Shown here piece by piece: positions 49,461-63,414 of a stretch of DNA of 64,000 nucleotides. This stretch comes from Marsupella aquatica (lineage: Eukaryota; Plantae; Marchantiophyta). How positions within the stretch are numbered: position 1 is the stretch's first letter; each line of letters opens with the position of its first letter. The notes under the pieces were generated by a model. It saw only the letters and a list, made by a program, of their open reading frames with translations. It made no database searches and was not told the DNA's origin. The position numbers and the translations under genes were made by a program. Location: the NCBI GenBank assembly GCA_973895155.1, contig OZ316898.1:6249079-6313078 (forward strand), read 5' to 3'.

Positions 49461-52400
49461 ACGACAATTTGTATTGAGCCTTAGGGGATCTATTGTTGAG
49501 CAGCTGGGGCACGCTTCCAACAGCGAAAGAAACTTTGGTTTTAATCTGGGTTCTGTATTAAGATCTCGTCTGAAAGTCTGCTTAGTACCCTTCACCTTGC
49601 CATTTCCTGTCCAGATGTGGACGATGATGATACAGATGACAGCGAGATCATATGTGCGAATGTTGACCTGACCCACTCTACACTGAGAGTTTTAGTTACT
49701 CCAGATAAATAAGATTTTAAAATTATATTTTGTATGAAATTGATCACGAACTCAATGGACGCACTACTTTTAGTATAGTTGTGAGAAGGATCGAAAGCAA
49801 CTATGAATGGAAGATCGGCCTTCGAAAATCATTACAGAAATTTGATAGTACACATTGACAGTAGTGCTGGAAAATGGGAGTCCTATCAAACAGTGAATGT
49901 CATGTTTGTTGCCTCTATGCAATCAACTCCAAGATTGTACATGGTGTTCTTTCGGATTCTCTTCACCACTGTAGAAAGTCTACCAGAGTGCCCCTGAAAT
50001 CTTGTAGAGCCACCCAGCCAATTCCACCCTGAGAGCGTGGTGCTGGGGCTGTAATTACTGTGGTCCAATCACGCTGTCTACTGTTGGCTGGCTCCTCGGG
50101 ATTGTGGTTCTCCAATGGCGTTGTGTTCCTGGGGATGGGTGATTTTGGTCCCATTCCCTGTTTGAAGTTAAGCGAGTTGGAGTACTGTCCTCTGTTTTCC
50201 AAACCAAATTTATATTTAGATCCCTTTTGGTACCCCTCAAGCTTGAACTTCCTGGGAAGGGTTTTACTTTTATATAAGTTGACCGTGAAAACCCCAAGGA
50301 GAGGGCGAAACAAGGGCAGGCCCAAAAAGAACCAAGCCCACCAAAGGAACAACAAGCCCCTCAATGGGACCTCAAGCTTGAACTTGATCCTATGTTACTA
50401 CATAACCATGAAAAGCTTTACTATCGAGGGGGTATAATAGATTCAGGGGCAACCTTGGGAGGAGTTGACCAGTGGGCTTTCACACTGGCAAATGGACAGT
50501 AAGGGATATAACACGTGTGTTTTGGGGAAAGAATATTTGATTGCAAAACACAAATAAAGTAGTTTGTTTCTGTTCGTGCAAATAATGCCCATAGTGGGGA
50601 TATAAATATTTCCCATATAAGTCCTTGCATAAGTGGGTTGACATAGATAAGCAGTTAAACCCCAGTCTGAGTAGGGCAGTGCAGGACCACTAGCATATAC
50701 AATATTCTGGCATAGTGCTACAGATGCCATATACAGGTGATTGGATTTTTCTTTTATGAAATCTTGTCTTTCTCTGAAAGTGTGACACTTATGACCTCCC
50801 TATAACCTCCCTATCAAAACGCTTATCTCCTCGCTACCTGAGCAAACTGGCGGTGGGTCAACTCCTTACCCTTGGCTGCACTAACATCCATGCATGAGTT
50901 GGCTAAATGGCACCAGAAGGACCAGTACTTAAGCCCCTCTCAAGCCTGGGCTGGGGTTCCAAGTCTCCAAATCCCTAATCAGCCTTGTCCAGTCCCAAAA
51001 TTTGATGTACAACAAGTGTCTGGGGTTACAACTGCTAACCCATGGCCTCGAGGGGGTTATCGTATTATAAGCGCCAACTACAAGCTAGAGTTTGGGGCCT
51101 AGGTTTCTAGAGTGAAGCCTATAGACCGTAATTCCATTGCTCATCATGTGAATGGGAAAACTCAAGACATATGTCAAATGATAATCATGCATGCTTTTTG
51201 TCATGATTTCTATTTATATTAAAAAATGAGCTCTATGGCCCCACTATAACATATGTGCATAGAAAGAGGGATGTGCACAGAAAAGAGTATGATATGTTAT
51301 GTATGATTATTAGAATGATGACATGCATGACGCTTTTTTAATCATTTCATTAACCTTCAAAAAATGTGAGTAAGGAATATATATTGGTGACATTTTTATT
51401 GTCCTCCCCGCTACTCACATTCAAAGAATGGGTAGTCGGGGCTAGTTAGCTGTAATCCCGTCTGACTTTGTTACCAAGTGTTGCGCACCTTCTCTTTCAC
51501 AAGGGAGCCGTTTGCCCTTATAGCCCTAGTCTCCAGCTTCGCAATGAATTTGAGAGATCACCCACATGTCTCAAGTTATGGGTCCAGGAATGCAGGCCCT
51601 CATAGCCCTAGTGTCCACTTTCACAAGGAATCTGAGAGATCAGCCAGGTGTCTCAAGATATTGGTCCAGGGACACTCAACTGTTGAGTGCAGGGCTTGAA
51701 GCCAAATGGAAACAGACCTCTCAAGCTCACCCCCTCCCCTCCCCCCCCCCCCCCCCCACCTTCAGGGTGACTTAAACAAGGCACTAAAAACCAACCATCA
51801 CTTGGCTTCCCCTGGTGTCAATTGCTATGCTGCCAGTCATGTGCTCACTCGTCCATTGGTCGAGTTTGCAACGGATCTGGACATGATCTCTTGCTCTGGA
51901 TCACCAGGTGAGGGTACCAAGCCCTCCTTGGGGATTACAGCCATGGATTACAGCCATGACCCTTTAGGCCATGGTTACCCTACACGTACCTTGGCTGTTA
52001 CGGTTCTCCCTGCTTGTCTATCTCCTCTTCTGCATGTGTATACCTTTCGCATGTGGATCCCCGTTACAAGGATCTTCGCTGCATTCTTCGACGGGAAAGT
52101 CATGCAGCTAACAAACAAACGGGAAGAAGAATAAGAAAAGCAAGAAGAGGAAGAAGAAAAGCAGCTGGAGAGTCGGAATCAAGTCAAACAGCACATTGAA
52201 CGATCTGTCGACACAGATTTCGAACGTAGAGCTTTTCAGGAGATTTGCATTTCTGGTGAGCTTCCAATTCGTGGTACATTCTCGAGGTTTTGTGTGCTTA
52301 CAGCTAACGATGGCAGCTGGTTTTCGTCGGAGCTAGGGACAGACATTGAATGCAGAGATTTGTAGGACGAAGCGTCTGCATGTATGACATCGATCAGGTG

Positions 52401-53355
52401 TTGGTGGACTGCGCTCTGCATCTTGGGCTACTGGAAATGGTCTTGGATTGTAAGCTGTGATGCGCCAGTTTTGCAGCGTTTCAGTTAACTAGTACAAATT
52501 CAATGATATGTGATCGATCTAGTATTGCTGTCACCCAGTGTTTTCTGAGTATAGTGTGATTGATCTTCCATGCAAATGAAAAGATGTTTAGAACTGCTTA
52601 AGAATCTCTGGGTGAGTTTTATTTAGCTCTTGCATGACGTCATTTAGGTGTATTTCTGTCCAAGCTTGGCATCATGCAGACAGATGTCGATCGTCCTGGA
52701 TTGGCGCAGTTGATGTTCTAAATGCTATGCATGTCTCTGTTTACATGCCGATTGTGTTCCAAATTCAAGGAATTGAAATGATATCTTGAAAGCTCGATCA
52801 TTGGCTATCTCTAGTTTCTTGCTCTCATAGAAAGTGGAGGACTGAAAGATTTGTATTCGCTTTGAACATTTTCTCTCCTAACTGAGTGAGAGCACTGGGG
52901 AGCTGAGGTTTGGCGTTACTGCTTGTCACAGAGGTCCAAAGAGTCTCAATTGTCAGTGAAGGGAACTTCCCCGATGTCTTAGGACCGTATGTTCAGTCGC
53001 TGGTTATTAGTTTGCATCTGGTTCAGGCAAGGATTCAGGAATTCTTTAGAATGCTGATTACTGAGGTGCAATGGGGTCATGAGATCATCTTTTCAATCTT
53101 CTTTTTGAGGCCTGAATAACACTTCTCGGCCGAGTCACACAGAATACTGTCTCCCACGGACACTGCAGTAGAAATTATTCACTTGATTCGAAATTACCGT
53201 AACCCTTCAAGAAGTCATCGACGGGCAACTGGCATGAGTGAAATCTTCGAGATTATATAACCTGGAGAGTATGATTGGATCATAGACACGGGAAATTTCT
53301 TAGTTGTGCTGGTTGTCGTTTGCAGATACCGGTTTCGTGAAGGTAATCAGTCATC

Positions 53356-54468
53356 ATGACAAAGCAGAACGTGGCACTAGTGGTGGGCTCGACGGGGATT
53401 GTAGGGGAGGTTCTCAGGGAGCTGCTCTTGAAGCCAGACACACGAGGTGGACCGTGGAAGGTCTACGGCCTAGCCAGAAGGCCCCGGCCGAGTTGGCTGG
53501 CTGGAGAGGATCTGTACATCCAATGTGACCTTCTCAACAGGGATGACGCCCTGTCCAAAATCTCTCCATTGACAGACGTGACCCACGTTTTCTGGGTGAC
53601 CTGGATATCAAAATCCACCGAGAAAGAGAACATTGATGCGAACTGTGCCATGTTCCGAAACGCACTGGATGCACTCTTGCCAGTTGCCAAGGAGTTGAAG
53701 CACATTGCTCTGCAAACAGGCGGCAAGAACTACCTGGGATCCTTTGAAGCTCAGGTGACTGCAACGGGCATCGTGCCTCATGACACTCCTTTCACCGAGG
53801 ATCTGCCCAGACAGCCATGTCCAAACTTCTATTACAACCTGGAAGACATGTTGTTCGAGACGGTGCAGAAACTGGGTGGGAAGGTGACTTGGTCAGTGCA
53901 CCGCCCGGGGGTGATTTTCGGATATGCAGCTGGCAATTTGATGAACTTCCTGGGAAGCGTGGCGGTCTATGCTGCAATCTGCAAGCATGAAGGGATTCCG
54001 TTCACATTTCCTGGAAACCAGCTCGCCTGGGAGATGATCGGGGATGCATCTAATGCAGATTTGGTAGCGGAGCAGGAAATTTGGGCGGCGACGGATCCCA
54101 GAGGTCAGAATGAGGCATTCAATACGATGAACGGCGACGTGTTTAAGTGGAGGAAGATCTGGAAGTCCATCGCTGCAAATCTCGGGGTGGAGTACATCCC
54201 ATTCAGTGGAGAGCAAATGCCACTGAGTGACATCATGAAAGACAAGGGCCATGTCTGGGAACAAATTGTGAAGGAGAACGGGCTGCTCCCTACGAAGCTT
54301 GAGGATGTGGGACATTGGTGGTTTTTGGAGGCCACTTTGAGGGTCGAGAAGGATGCCCTCGAGAGCATGAACAAGAGCAAGGAACACGGCTTCTTTGGGT
54401 TTCGAAACACGGAGAAAGAAATTCTATGCGTCTTTGATAAAATGAGGGAAAGGAAGCTCATTCCATGA
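53356..54468 (+). CDS. VEP1: PRISE / progesterone 5-beta-reductase / iridoid-synthase-like short-chain reductase, single coding exon, 370 aa
   Basis: GSTGIVG, GPWKVYGLARR, DVTHVFWVTW, LQTGGKNY, NFYYNLED, TWSVHRP, SMNKSKEHGFFGFRNT family motifs. Confidence 0.95.
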   Translation: MTKQNVALVVGSTGIVGEVLRELLLKPDTRGGPWKVYGLARRPRPSWLAGEDLYIQCDLLNRDDALSKISPLTDVTHVFWVTWISKSTEKENIDANCAMFRNALDALLPVAKELKHIALQTGGKNYLGSFEAQVTATGIVPHDTPFTEDLPRQPCPNFYYNLEDMLFETVQKLGGKVTWSVHRPGVIFGYAAGNLMNFLGSVAVYAAICKHEGIPFTFPGNQLAWEMIGDASNADLVAEQEIWAATDPRGQNEAFNTMNGDVFKWRKIWKSIAANLGVEYIPFSGEQMPLSDIMKDKGHVWEQIVKENGLLPTKLEDVGHWWFLEATLRVEKDALESMNKSKEHGFFGFRNTEKEILCVFDKMRERKLIP

Positions 54469-56369
54469 GAGCAGTTGGCGTCCAATTATATCATGGTCGA
54501 CAACTTCGAAACGGACCTGTCATTAAAGTTGCTGTGGAAATCCGTGCGCTGTCCTGCACGAGGAACTGTCTTGTGAATGTTGAACTTCTGTGCTTCAGGT
54601 GTCCTGTGGAATGCAGAATGTGACAATACTGTTGTACAGTTATCTGCTTTTCTACTTTTGGTGCGCAGTTCTTCTTACAGTTAAAACCGTTTTTGGTTGA
54701 TTTCTTCCTGAAATCACGAGAAGAGCTATCAAGTGATGATAAGTTAAATCCCAAAGTTGTACATAAATATAGCTGGCCCGTTCTCATAGTCACAGTTCAC
54801 TTCTTACCTGTCTTGCGGTGGATACGATTCAAGATTGAGAAGCATGTCCAAAGAACTCAATAAACTTGGATTCTCAAACCTGAATGCTTGAGGAGGATTA
54901 GAAAACCCTAGAGCTGCAACAGTCATTCCAATTTTCAATCTCTTTGTAGGATCTGTTCGAGTTTCTTTCGTGATTTTAGTTCACTGTCTCTTCATTTTCG
55001 GCCGTTACTGCAAAACTTTGGACATTTCCACCTGAGTCTTTCGAACTGGACGAGGAGGCTTCCCTTGTAAAAATTGAGCTACACTCACTCTAGACTTACA
55101 AAAAATCATGGTTGAAAAGATTCGGCGAAGGGGCCGCGACATGCAGAATGTGGACAGGACTCTACGAGTGACTTCAGGGAGGAGGGGAAGCAGATACTGC
55201 TTAACCAAGGCGACGACAAAGGAGCAGTCTAGTTCATCAACAAATGCCTTCCTAGACTTCAGGCGAGAGGTTCGATATCTTACTCAGATGGAATTCCCAT
55301 AAACGACGTACGACGGGGCGATTTAGCAGAGAAGATTCGAAATCCTACGTAACAGTCGTTCACACCATCACACTGATGTGACGAAATTTCACCACATTAC
55401 CGAATATTGTTATAAGATCAGACTTCGTTTAGTAGCACTCTTGGTTGGGGATATGTAGACGGGTACACAATGTGACAGGGTTTGAGATTGATAAAGCATA
55501 ACCTTAATGAAGCTTGAATCAGGCTTCACTATTCTGTTAAAAGAACTGGAAACTCGGAGTCTTGATACCTGATTTTGAGACAGAATAACCATTGAAACCA
55601 CGCAGCTCTTGTGCAGTCGAACAAGAGAATCTGAGGTTAGCTCATAATGTCGAACCATCACAGGAATTACTCACTGCCGCCGAGCAATGAGTAGATACCT
55701 CAAGTCCTCAGGAAATCCCCAACGGAAGTTCAAAACGCATCAAAATTGCTGCTGTACAACCACCTCAGCCTACAAAGAAGGTGGAAACGCGGATCGAAAG
55801 CTCTACTCAACCTGCCATTAGGTACTACTCTCGTCAGATTGTAGCGACCAGAACACCTGGTCTCTACCTCTATTCTGCCAACTTCTAACCTGGTCCGAAG
55901 ACCTGAATCTAATTCAACACATCACGTGAGGAGTGTCTTATGAAGACCACCCGTACAAGAGAATAACGACCTTTATGTTCGAGTGAAGCTCGTGGTCCAA
56001 TCTTGAGATCAGAATTGAATTTGTGCACATCTAATCATCTCCTGTCATGAACACTAATCACCAGAGCACGCTAGCCTTGACTCTCATGTCCTCAAGTCCC
56101 CTGAAGGAAAATCTTGCTCCTAGGCTTCTTGTTCTTGCTCCTAGCCTTGTTGTACATTAAAGCTAGGTGCCCACTCTTTGATACATTTTTGAACCTCTTA
56201 GTACAAACGGTCTAAAGTTTCTCAGCGTATTGACTCTTCAAGCCCTGAAGACCCCTGCATGAAAATTCTGCTTCTAGCCTTGTTGTTGCTCAAAGCCTTG
56301 TTGTACATTAAGGCCTCCTCTTTAATACATTTTAGAACCTCTTTGAAGAAACTGAAGATAAGTACCTCT

Positions 56370-58511
56370 TTAAGTACTTTTCCGATGCTTCATCTTCTTC
56401 TTCTTCGTCCTGACTTGGTTGAGCGTTTCTTGTACCTCCACAACTACCCTCTTCCTCTTTGTTTTCTTCTTCTTCTTCCCTCCTGTTTCGGCCTTTGAAC
56501 CACCATTATCCAACACTGTATGGTCTTCCGTCCCATTCGATACTTTTTTCGTGGATGCATCAGCATCTTGAGAGCTAACTAGAGAGACCGACTCCAGTTC
56601 TGCAATTCAAGCGCGCAAAAGCTGAGTCAGCGTGTCAGGAGACATTCTGAAATAGAAACCCCTCTTGGATACTTGGACTTGATTAAACAGGAGACAACAA
56701 GGGGCAGGAAGGGAAAGAAATTACATCCGTAAAGTACAAGGGTCTGACCATCATGAAGATAGAATCTCACCAGCAGATAAAATAAACCCCGGTGCACAAC
56801 ATTAATAATGTCTAAATGCAGTTAAGGGAAAACCATGAGGACCATTAGATCAATGAGTAACGTAGACAGAAGGGAAAGGAACTGCGTGTCAGTCGTCTAA
56901 CCACTAGAAGAGAATCGAAGGTAATTGCGTAACAGCGCGAAATATTTAAGCTACGCCCTAGTTTTCCAACTGAGGTGAATGCTGTACCAGTGGTCAAGCG
57001 TGGAAAATTCTGTAACTGACTGCTTCAAGAAATGTCGTACCACGAATAAGAGAGGATTCGGAAAAATTCAAACAACTCTAGCCCGAGACATGCGCGCTTA
57101 TCTATAATTCAACTAAGGCCAGGGCAAAAAGGTTTGCTAGATCTACGACAAGCGAGAATCTGATTGCTGTAGAAAGCATCTGTAATATCACGTTCGACAC
57201 CGTACACAGATGAGTGCATTGAGCACTCTAATTACATTGACAAAGAAGAGACAGCCCCAGACGAGCCATAAAACGCGTAGAGAGAATCTTCCAAAGACAA
57301 CACAATGTCAACTCAATCACTTACTTTTTGCTGAACCGCAACTGACTAAACATGTCAGCCGAGCCTTCGTGCTCGTCTCGAAGGCAGGAGTTGGAGAAGC
57401 AGAGTCTTCTGTACTTTGATTTATCCGAGTGTCCCAAATTCGTACCGACCCATCTGAAGAAGCTGAAGCAAGGAGATGAGGAAGTTCTGCTGATTCGGGG
57501 GAGTTTAGTGTACAGATTCCCCTGATGCGATTCGAGTGAGCATTTGGCACCGAAATCGCCAATTTTCCACTCCGAGTATCCCATGCCCTTATCGCTCTGT
57601 CCTCTCCTCCTGTAAAAATTAGTCCATCCTGTACAAACCCAACAGTTGTTTCATGCAAGTGCGGACACGGAACCCAACAAACACTTGAAACCCCACTATA
57701 GCAAATTGCGGACAGATACGGCTCAAATTAGGGTACAAATCATGATCATATCCAGACAGGAAAGATAAGTAGCCCAATGCCTGTTGTGCAATGCTTACGC
57801 TGCCCAATCCTGCAATTATGATCCAACCTCAAGACAATTGTCCTGTCTTACATTCAATTCCCTTACCTGGTTCTGAGCCAGGCACAAAATTCTCTTCTCA
57901 TGCCCAAGAGAATGTTCCAATAGCCCAGTCTCCACAGTGTATATATCTAATACTTCTCCCCTGGCCAAAGCGTATGATTCTCCTGTCTGAGGAGAGAATT
58001 TGATTAATGTTCCCTCTGATGGTAGCTTATAGGTGTAAGTACATCTGCCATTTAGCAAATTCCACATTTTCAGATGGCCATTTCTTTCCACAGACAGAGC
58101 CACCTTGCCTGTTGGATGGACCGTCAGGCTGTTCAATGCAGTTTTGTGGCCCTTCATGGATTTCAGGTGAGTCCAAGATTCCGTGTCCCAAACACCAATC
58201 GTTCCATCCTCAGAGCCACTGAATAGGTGCGTTGGCCGGTTTAGTGCTGAAACCTCCGGCATAAAAAAATCGAGGCAAGTTACAGCTCCGGTATGAAGAT
58301 AAAGCGAGCCCATATCCTTTCCAGCGCTCACGTCGTATACCCTAATAGTGTCATCCGAACCACCAGTCGCCACGACAGAACCGCAGGCAGCAATGCATTT
58401 CACAGGACCAACATGAGCAGGATAAGAGAACGCGAGGTCGAGCTGTGACTTCTTCACTCTCACCTGCCAGCCCCATAGAAATCTCTCGTAGGACCCCGCC
58501 ACCAGCTTCAT
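56370..58511 (-). CDS. PAK1IP1: PAK1IP1/Mak11-like WD40 ribosome-biogenesis protein; exons 58511-57867, 57628-57325, 56599-56370
   Basis: MKLVAGSYERFLWG, ATGGSDDTIRVYD, LFSGSEDG, VHPTGKVALSV..LKMWNL, TGGEDR, AHSNRIRG, LASASSDG, TKARLTCL; Lys-rich tail in exon 3; GT-AG phases consistent. Confidence 0.9.
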
Positions 58512-58605
58512 TGTGAATTGCACCTGGAGCTCCCAAATTAATCTCTCTCTCCCCTCTGAACGACGTCACTTCCAGTCAACTCTTACATGAATGAAGCTTA
58601 TCCGT

Positions 58606-59045
58606 AAACCCTAAACCCCACACTACAAAGCTGAGCCCCTGGACCGCAGCCCCTCTGCCAAATTCGAACCTGCAGCATCCTGCATTAGCAGACGGCACGA
58701 GGAAACTGATGGAAAATCTCTCAACATACAAGTCTATCACTACAGTAGCGAATGGGAAAGGGAGGATGGCAGATTGCGCATAGCAAACTGGTGTAGCTCA
58801 ACAGGAGAGATTGGAGGAATTCCTCTGCGCTCACGCAATTTTACGATGTTTGCTTCAACTACACTAAATTCTGTCAACCTGGGCTCGTATTTGCAATCTT
58901 CGTGGAGGATAGAACCACCTCGGAAAAACTTCAGGCAACTCTTGCCCCCAAATTCTTCTTCCACAGTTGTGTACCTGTGAACGCTTCGCGCTCTGGGTGA
59001 TCGAGCGAGTCACAGGTGATAGGGTTTAGGGTTTAAACCCTAAAA
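58606..59045. promoter_or_regulatory. telo-box motifs (AAACCCTA) upstream of PAK1IP1
   Basis: taaaccctaaaccc near 58606 and tagggtttagggtttaaaccctaa near 59019-59043; telo-boxes are typical of plant ribosome-biogenesis genes. Confidence 0.6.
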
Positions 59046-59167
59046 CTATCTTGTGTTGTGGAGTACTTTTTCCTGTGTCAAAAACGATGCTTGAATGAAT
59101 AGGGTTGTATTTGTTTCACAAGCCTGAATACACACTCTTTGAATAATAGAATATTTTTAATAAAAAT

Positions 59168-59356
59168 GAGAGGGATTTCCTTGTTGAGACCCCAAAATTA
59201 ATTGCATTACTTGATAGGACCCCTGAAGTTTTGGGCCCGTTGATTCAAGGTGAACCCCTGAAGTTTTGGGTAGGTTGATTCAAGGTGAGTCTGGATCATT
59301 CAGGGGTACTATCAATTAACAAGTTTCATTTTGGGGTCCTATCAAGCAAATCTCTC
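59168..59356. mobile_element. MITE with long TIRs (Mutator-like)
   Basis: GAGAG(GG)ATTT.CTTG.T..GACCCCAAAAT..TTGATAG.ACCCCTGAA at both ends in inverted orientation; ATAAAAAT duplicated at 59160-59167 and 59357-59364. Confidence 0.7.
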
Positions 59357-60410
59357 ATAAAAATTATGACAAAAATTATCATGCATGATTATCGTTTGGA
59401 GATACATAACATGGCAAGGTCATTTTCATTCACACAAACTTTGGTGGAGCCCTAAAGTCATGATCTAGAGGCTTCACTCTAGCAGCCTAGACCCCAACTC
59501 TAGGTTCTCATTGAGCTTTATCATTTAGTAAGATGCAAAAAAGTTTGTGTGTAGCGGCATCAATTTCAGGTAGGGGCTAACTCACATCCACTTTTTAAGT
59601 TCATGAGATGAGATTTTGTTGCAACTTTTGTGAAAATTTAGGAGTGCCATCTTTTAATTTTATGGAGTCAATTTTTTATGGAGGTATAGTTTGACAAAGG
59701 TTAATTGATCTGTATTTGATCAGGGATTTGACAAAGGCTCCCTGATCAAATACAGATGGCCAAGATTGCATAGGCAGCCCATCATTGGTGACAAACTGCA
59801 AAACCCTAAGGTTAGACTTCTCTGACAGGTGGTCAAACTTTTGGAGAAGATGACTGGCCATTTCAAATGAACATTTTTTACTCAACAAAGTGAAGTCCTA
59901 ACATTGGTACTTAGCTTCATATTAGGTCAGGTTTGAGAATATACAAGGAAAACAGGAGATAACTAGAGCATACAACGTTACAGAGATAAAACTATTCCAT
60001 ACAATTGGCAAAGAAGAGGGAGGGAATAAGATTTGTTCAGTCTTCTTGTAACCAAAGCCCTCTTCTGTCAAGGGCATGGTCTACAAGGGTTTTGGACATC
60101 CAAAACTAAACCCAAACATTTGAATGGACATTTCAAATGAGCATTTTTTTCTAACTCCGTACCTACATGGAAGAAGTTCTTATACAGTTATCTAGTAATC
60201 TCTGGCCACCTGAGGCCTTGCACAGAGTCGTAGTAATTGCCACAAATAGTTGCAAGCCCAAGATGGAGGGTCCTCTTGGGGGGGTCCCTGTCATGCCCAA
60301 TGCTTGGCACCATTGCATGAGCAGTTGGATGCCCAGAAGCAAGGGATCCCCTCCCAGTGCCCATATTCGTGGCTTGGGCAGGCTCAATCAGGAGTACATA
60401 TTCCCCACCA

Positions 60411-63400
60411 TGTAAAGATTTTCTCATGTGTATGATTCTTCCCCTAACAACAGGTCGTTAAGTACAAGTCTGAACAACAAGAGCCCCTCAGAGAAAGTGA
60501 AGATAAGAGAAGTGTGATTGGATAGGAGAAGCCCAGCAAGACATGGAGAACGGACAAATGTTGCATGCACTGTGTGCCTAACATAACTAGGCAGCCCACC
60601 TTAAACTAAGGGAGCCTGATCATCCTAATTAATCATAGTCAACGAGATTTACATGCTAACTTCCAACACCCCCTCTTGAGCTAGGGTAGAAAAAGGATCA
60701 GACACCATTGTCATCTATGTACAATAGTGGGACAAGGAGAAATAGAGAATCTATACAATCTATGTACATGGTGAGCAAAATTGACAATATACAACAGATT
60801 AGTGAGCACTTTCATACAATAGTCGATTGAGAGCCCGACAAAGGAGAAGTTGGGATAGGAGAATTTCACATTGCAAGTGTCATTCATTTTTTTGTCGCTA
60901 GCTACAATGGGGTTTGTTTTTGCCTTTTTACAATATCTCCATAGGATATTCCAGTCAATGATAGAGCTAGCCGAGTTAGTTGACGGAGAACATTCGGAGA
61001 CGGTGAAGAGATCAGGATTGTACAATGAGCAACAATCTCAGGGAGTTGTGACAAGGCCAGAAGTCACAACAATGCCAAGTTGAACAATTGATTCAGGTTG
61101 TGGGCTCTCAGATGACAAGGTTTTGCCCCAAATGAGATATATGCCACCACAATGCTATTATGCAGTTGTACTCAGATTTTGACCGAGCATCTACTTATCC
61201 TTGGAGGAATGTCAAGAGGAATGTCAGCCTCAAGTCTCACAATTTAGAGGGAGTTTAAGTTGTTTAGAACTAGACTTGGGGCTGAAGAGTATTAATTTGA
61301 GCCATGAGATTAGTCCCCTCTATAGGACTAGTGGAAGACAAATGTTTTAGCTAAGGTTAGTCTTTACCAATAAAATTCTAGGAGAATTCAAACAAATATA
61401 TCATCACTTTCTAATTGAAGATGAACTGATCATTGTAATTTGTTTGGCAAACCTCATTCCGATTGATTGCCCGTGATACTTGAATTTGATTCTCGGTAGA
61501 ACTTTTGTTGGAATGCCCATCATAATGTCTGTTGGCTGATCATGTGTTGAGAAGTGTTGGACAAATAGCTCACCAGTGAGTACTCTCTCTCATATAAAAC
61601 AATGGCGAATATCCAGGAGCTTTGATCTTGCATGGAAGACAAGATTCTTGGCAATTTGAGTGCACTGTCTAATATTATCACAGCTTAGGTGCACATCCTG
61701 CTTATTAGGTACATGAGAAGTTGAAAGATCATATGCAATTGTAGCAGCCTTACACTTGTGCTGGCTAGCATGAGTTTTTGTTGCTGTAGCTCTTCGATGA
61801 GGCGTTTCAGATAGACTCCCTCTTGAACTTCGTTCAATAGTGCCCGATACTCAGCTTCGGTATCTAGACATTGTGGGTTGGCGCTTGCTACTCCATGTGA
61901 TTGGTCCTGATGCAAGGGTGAACATGTACCCTCTTGTTGACCTCCTGGTGTTGGAGCAGGAGTTTCCCCAGTCTGAGTTTGTGAAACCTTGAGGTCCATG
62001 TCGGGACATTGTTGAAAGAATATCTTTAGGTCTTTAGTGTTGCTAATGTACCTGAGAATATGAGTTGTTGCTTCACGGTGAGCTTGTTGAGGTTCAGACA
62101 TGAATTAACTGACAAGTCCCATTGCAAATGAGATATTGGGCCTTGTATTTGTCAAGTAGATGAGTTTCCTTACAAGCTGACAATACATGGTTGAGTCCAT
62201 ATCACTAGTCCTAGTCTCAGCTAAGAGTGTGAGGCCTTCCGAAAGTGGAGTCTTTGCTGGTCTGCACTTGGTCATGTTGTAGTCTCGCAACAGCTATGTG
62301 GAGTACTTAGTTTGATGCATGAGTATTCCATGACTACTCACCGAGAAGTCCACCTGAGATATCTTTACAAGACTCCTGCCTCAGTCATCTTGCATCTCCC
62401 TTGCCTTGTCCTCTTGTGTTGTATTGATGTTTCTGAGTCATGAGCAAAGCTAGAGAGTTCATCTGAGTCATGACGAGGCTTGCATTGCATCTCCTTAGCT
62501 TGAATTGGAGGTACTCCTCCAGATCTGCAAAAGTAGCATTCTTGTCTTTTGCATACACGACACCTTAAATGGACTTGAAAGAAGACCAGCTATCAGGTAA
62601 GTTCCTGAGGACAATTTGAATCACATCAGGAATCTCTTCACCAACACATCAATCCAAGCTCAATGATGATTTGATCAATTGTTTTAAGGTAGTCCTCTAC
62701 CAAGGTACCTTCAGTCGTCATATGCTCAACAAGGATAGATTTGAGATCAAGTATTTGTTGCAAAGCTGATGGTTTGTAGTTTCATTTAAGGATTGCCCAA
62801 AGCTTGGAAGGGTCAGCATGTCAGTAGTTGACGCACACTAGGAAAAATAGATGTTGTTATCGTCTTGGTAATAATGATGATTACCCGTTCTTTGTGCTTG
62901 TCAAAATTGGTGTTGGCCGCTTCAGGAACTGTAGTGGTGGTCCCACTGCTTGTAGATGCTCCAAACACTCTAGCTGACAAAGATCTCAAGGCCACCTGAG
63001 TGCTGGTTCCACTGCTCCCATGGGTAGCAGGATCAACAATGTACCACAGATCCTTCTCCCTCAAGATCTGTTCAAGGAAAATGCCCACATCTTGTAGTTC
63101 TGAGCGCCAACAAGCTTGTCACTGTCTGGGAAAGTGATCTTACATTGGTGGCATCCGAAGAAGACATTGTGTGGGCTGAGATCTAAAGAAGCCTAAAGCT
63201 TTGATACTATGTATAAATTTTCTCATGTGTATGATTAGTCCCGTAACAATGGGTCGTTAAGTAGAAGTCTAAGCAACGAGCATCCCTTAGCGAACGGGAA
63301 GATAAGAAGGGTGACTGGACAAGAGTTGTCCATTGAGACATGGAGAACGGACAAATGCTGCATGCACCGCACGCCTAATCACAATTAGCAAGATATACAT

Positions 63401-63414
63401 GTTAACTTTCAACA
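60411..63414 (-). mobile_element. old, internally deleted Ty1/Copia element
   Basis: Diverged LTRs at 60411-60668 and 63210-63414, degenerate iMet PBS at ~63199-63209, PPT next to 60669; gag remnant (EQILREKDLWYIV) and RT/RNase H remnants (KLIYLTNTRPNISFA, TEAEYRAL); no matching TSD. Confidence 0.8.

Noticed and set aside
58740-58964. 74-aa upstream ORF before PAK1IP1
   Set aside because: No recognisable homology; probably 5' UTR or promoter sequence.
59019-59043. Interstitial telomere fusion (head-to-head TTTAGGG/CCCTAAA)
   Set aside because: Only about three units, in the promoter of a ribosome-biogenesis gene where telo-boxes are expected.
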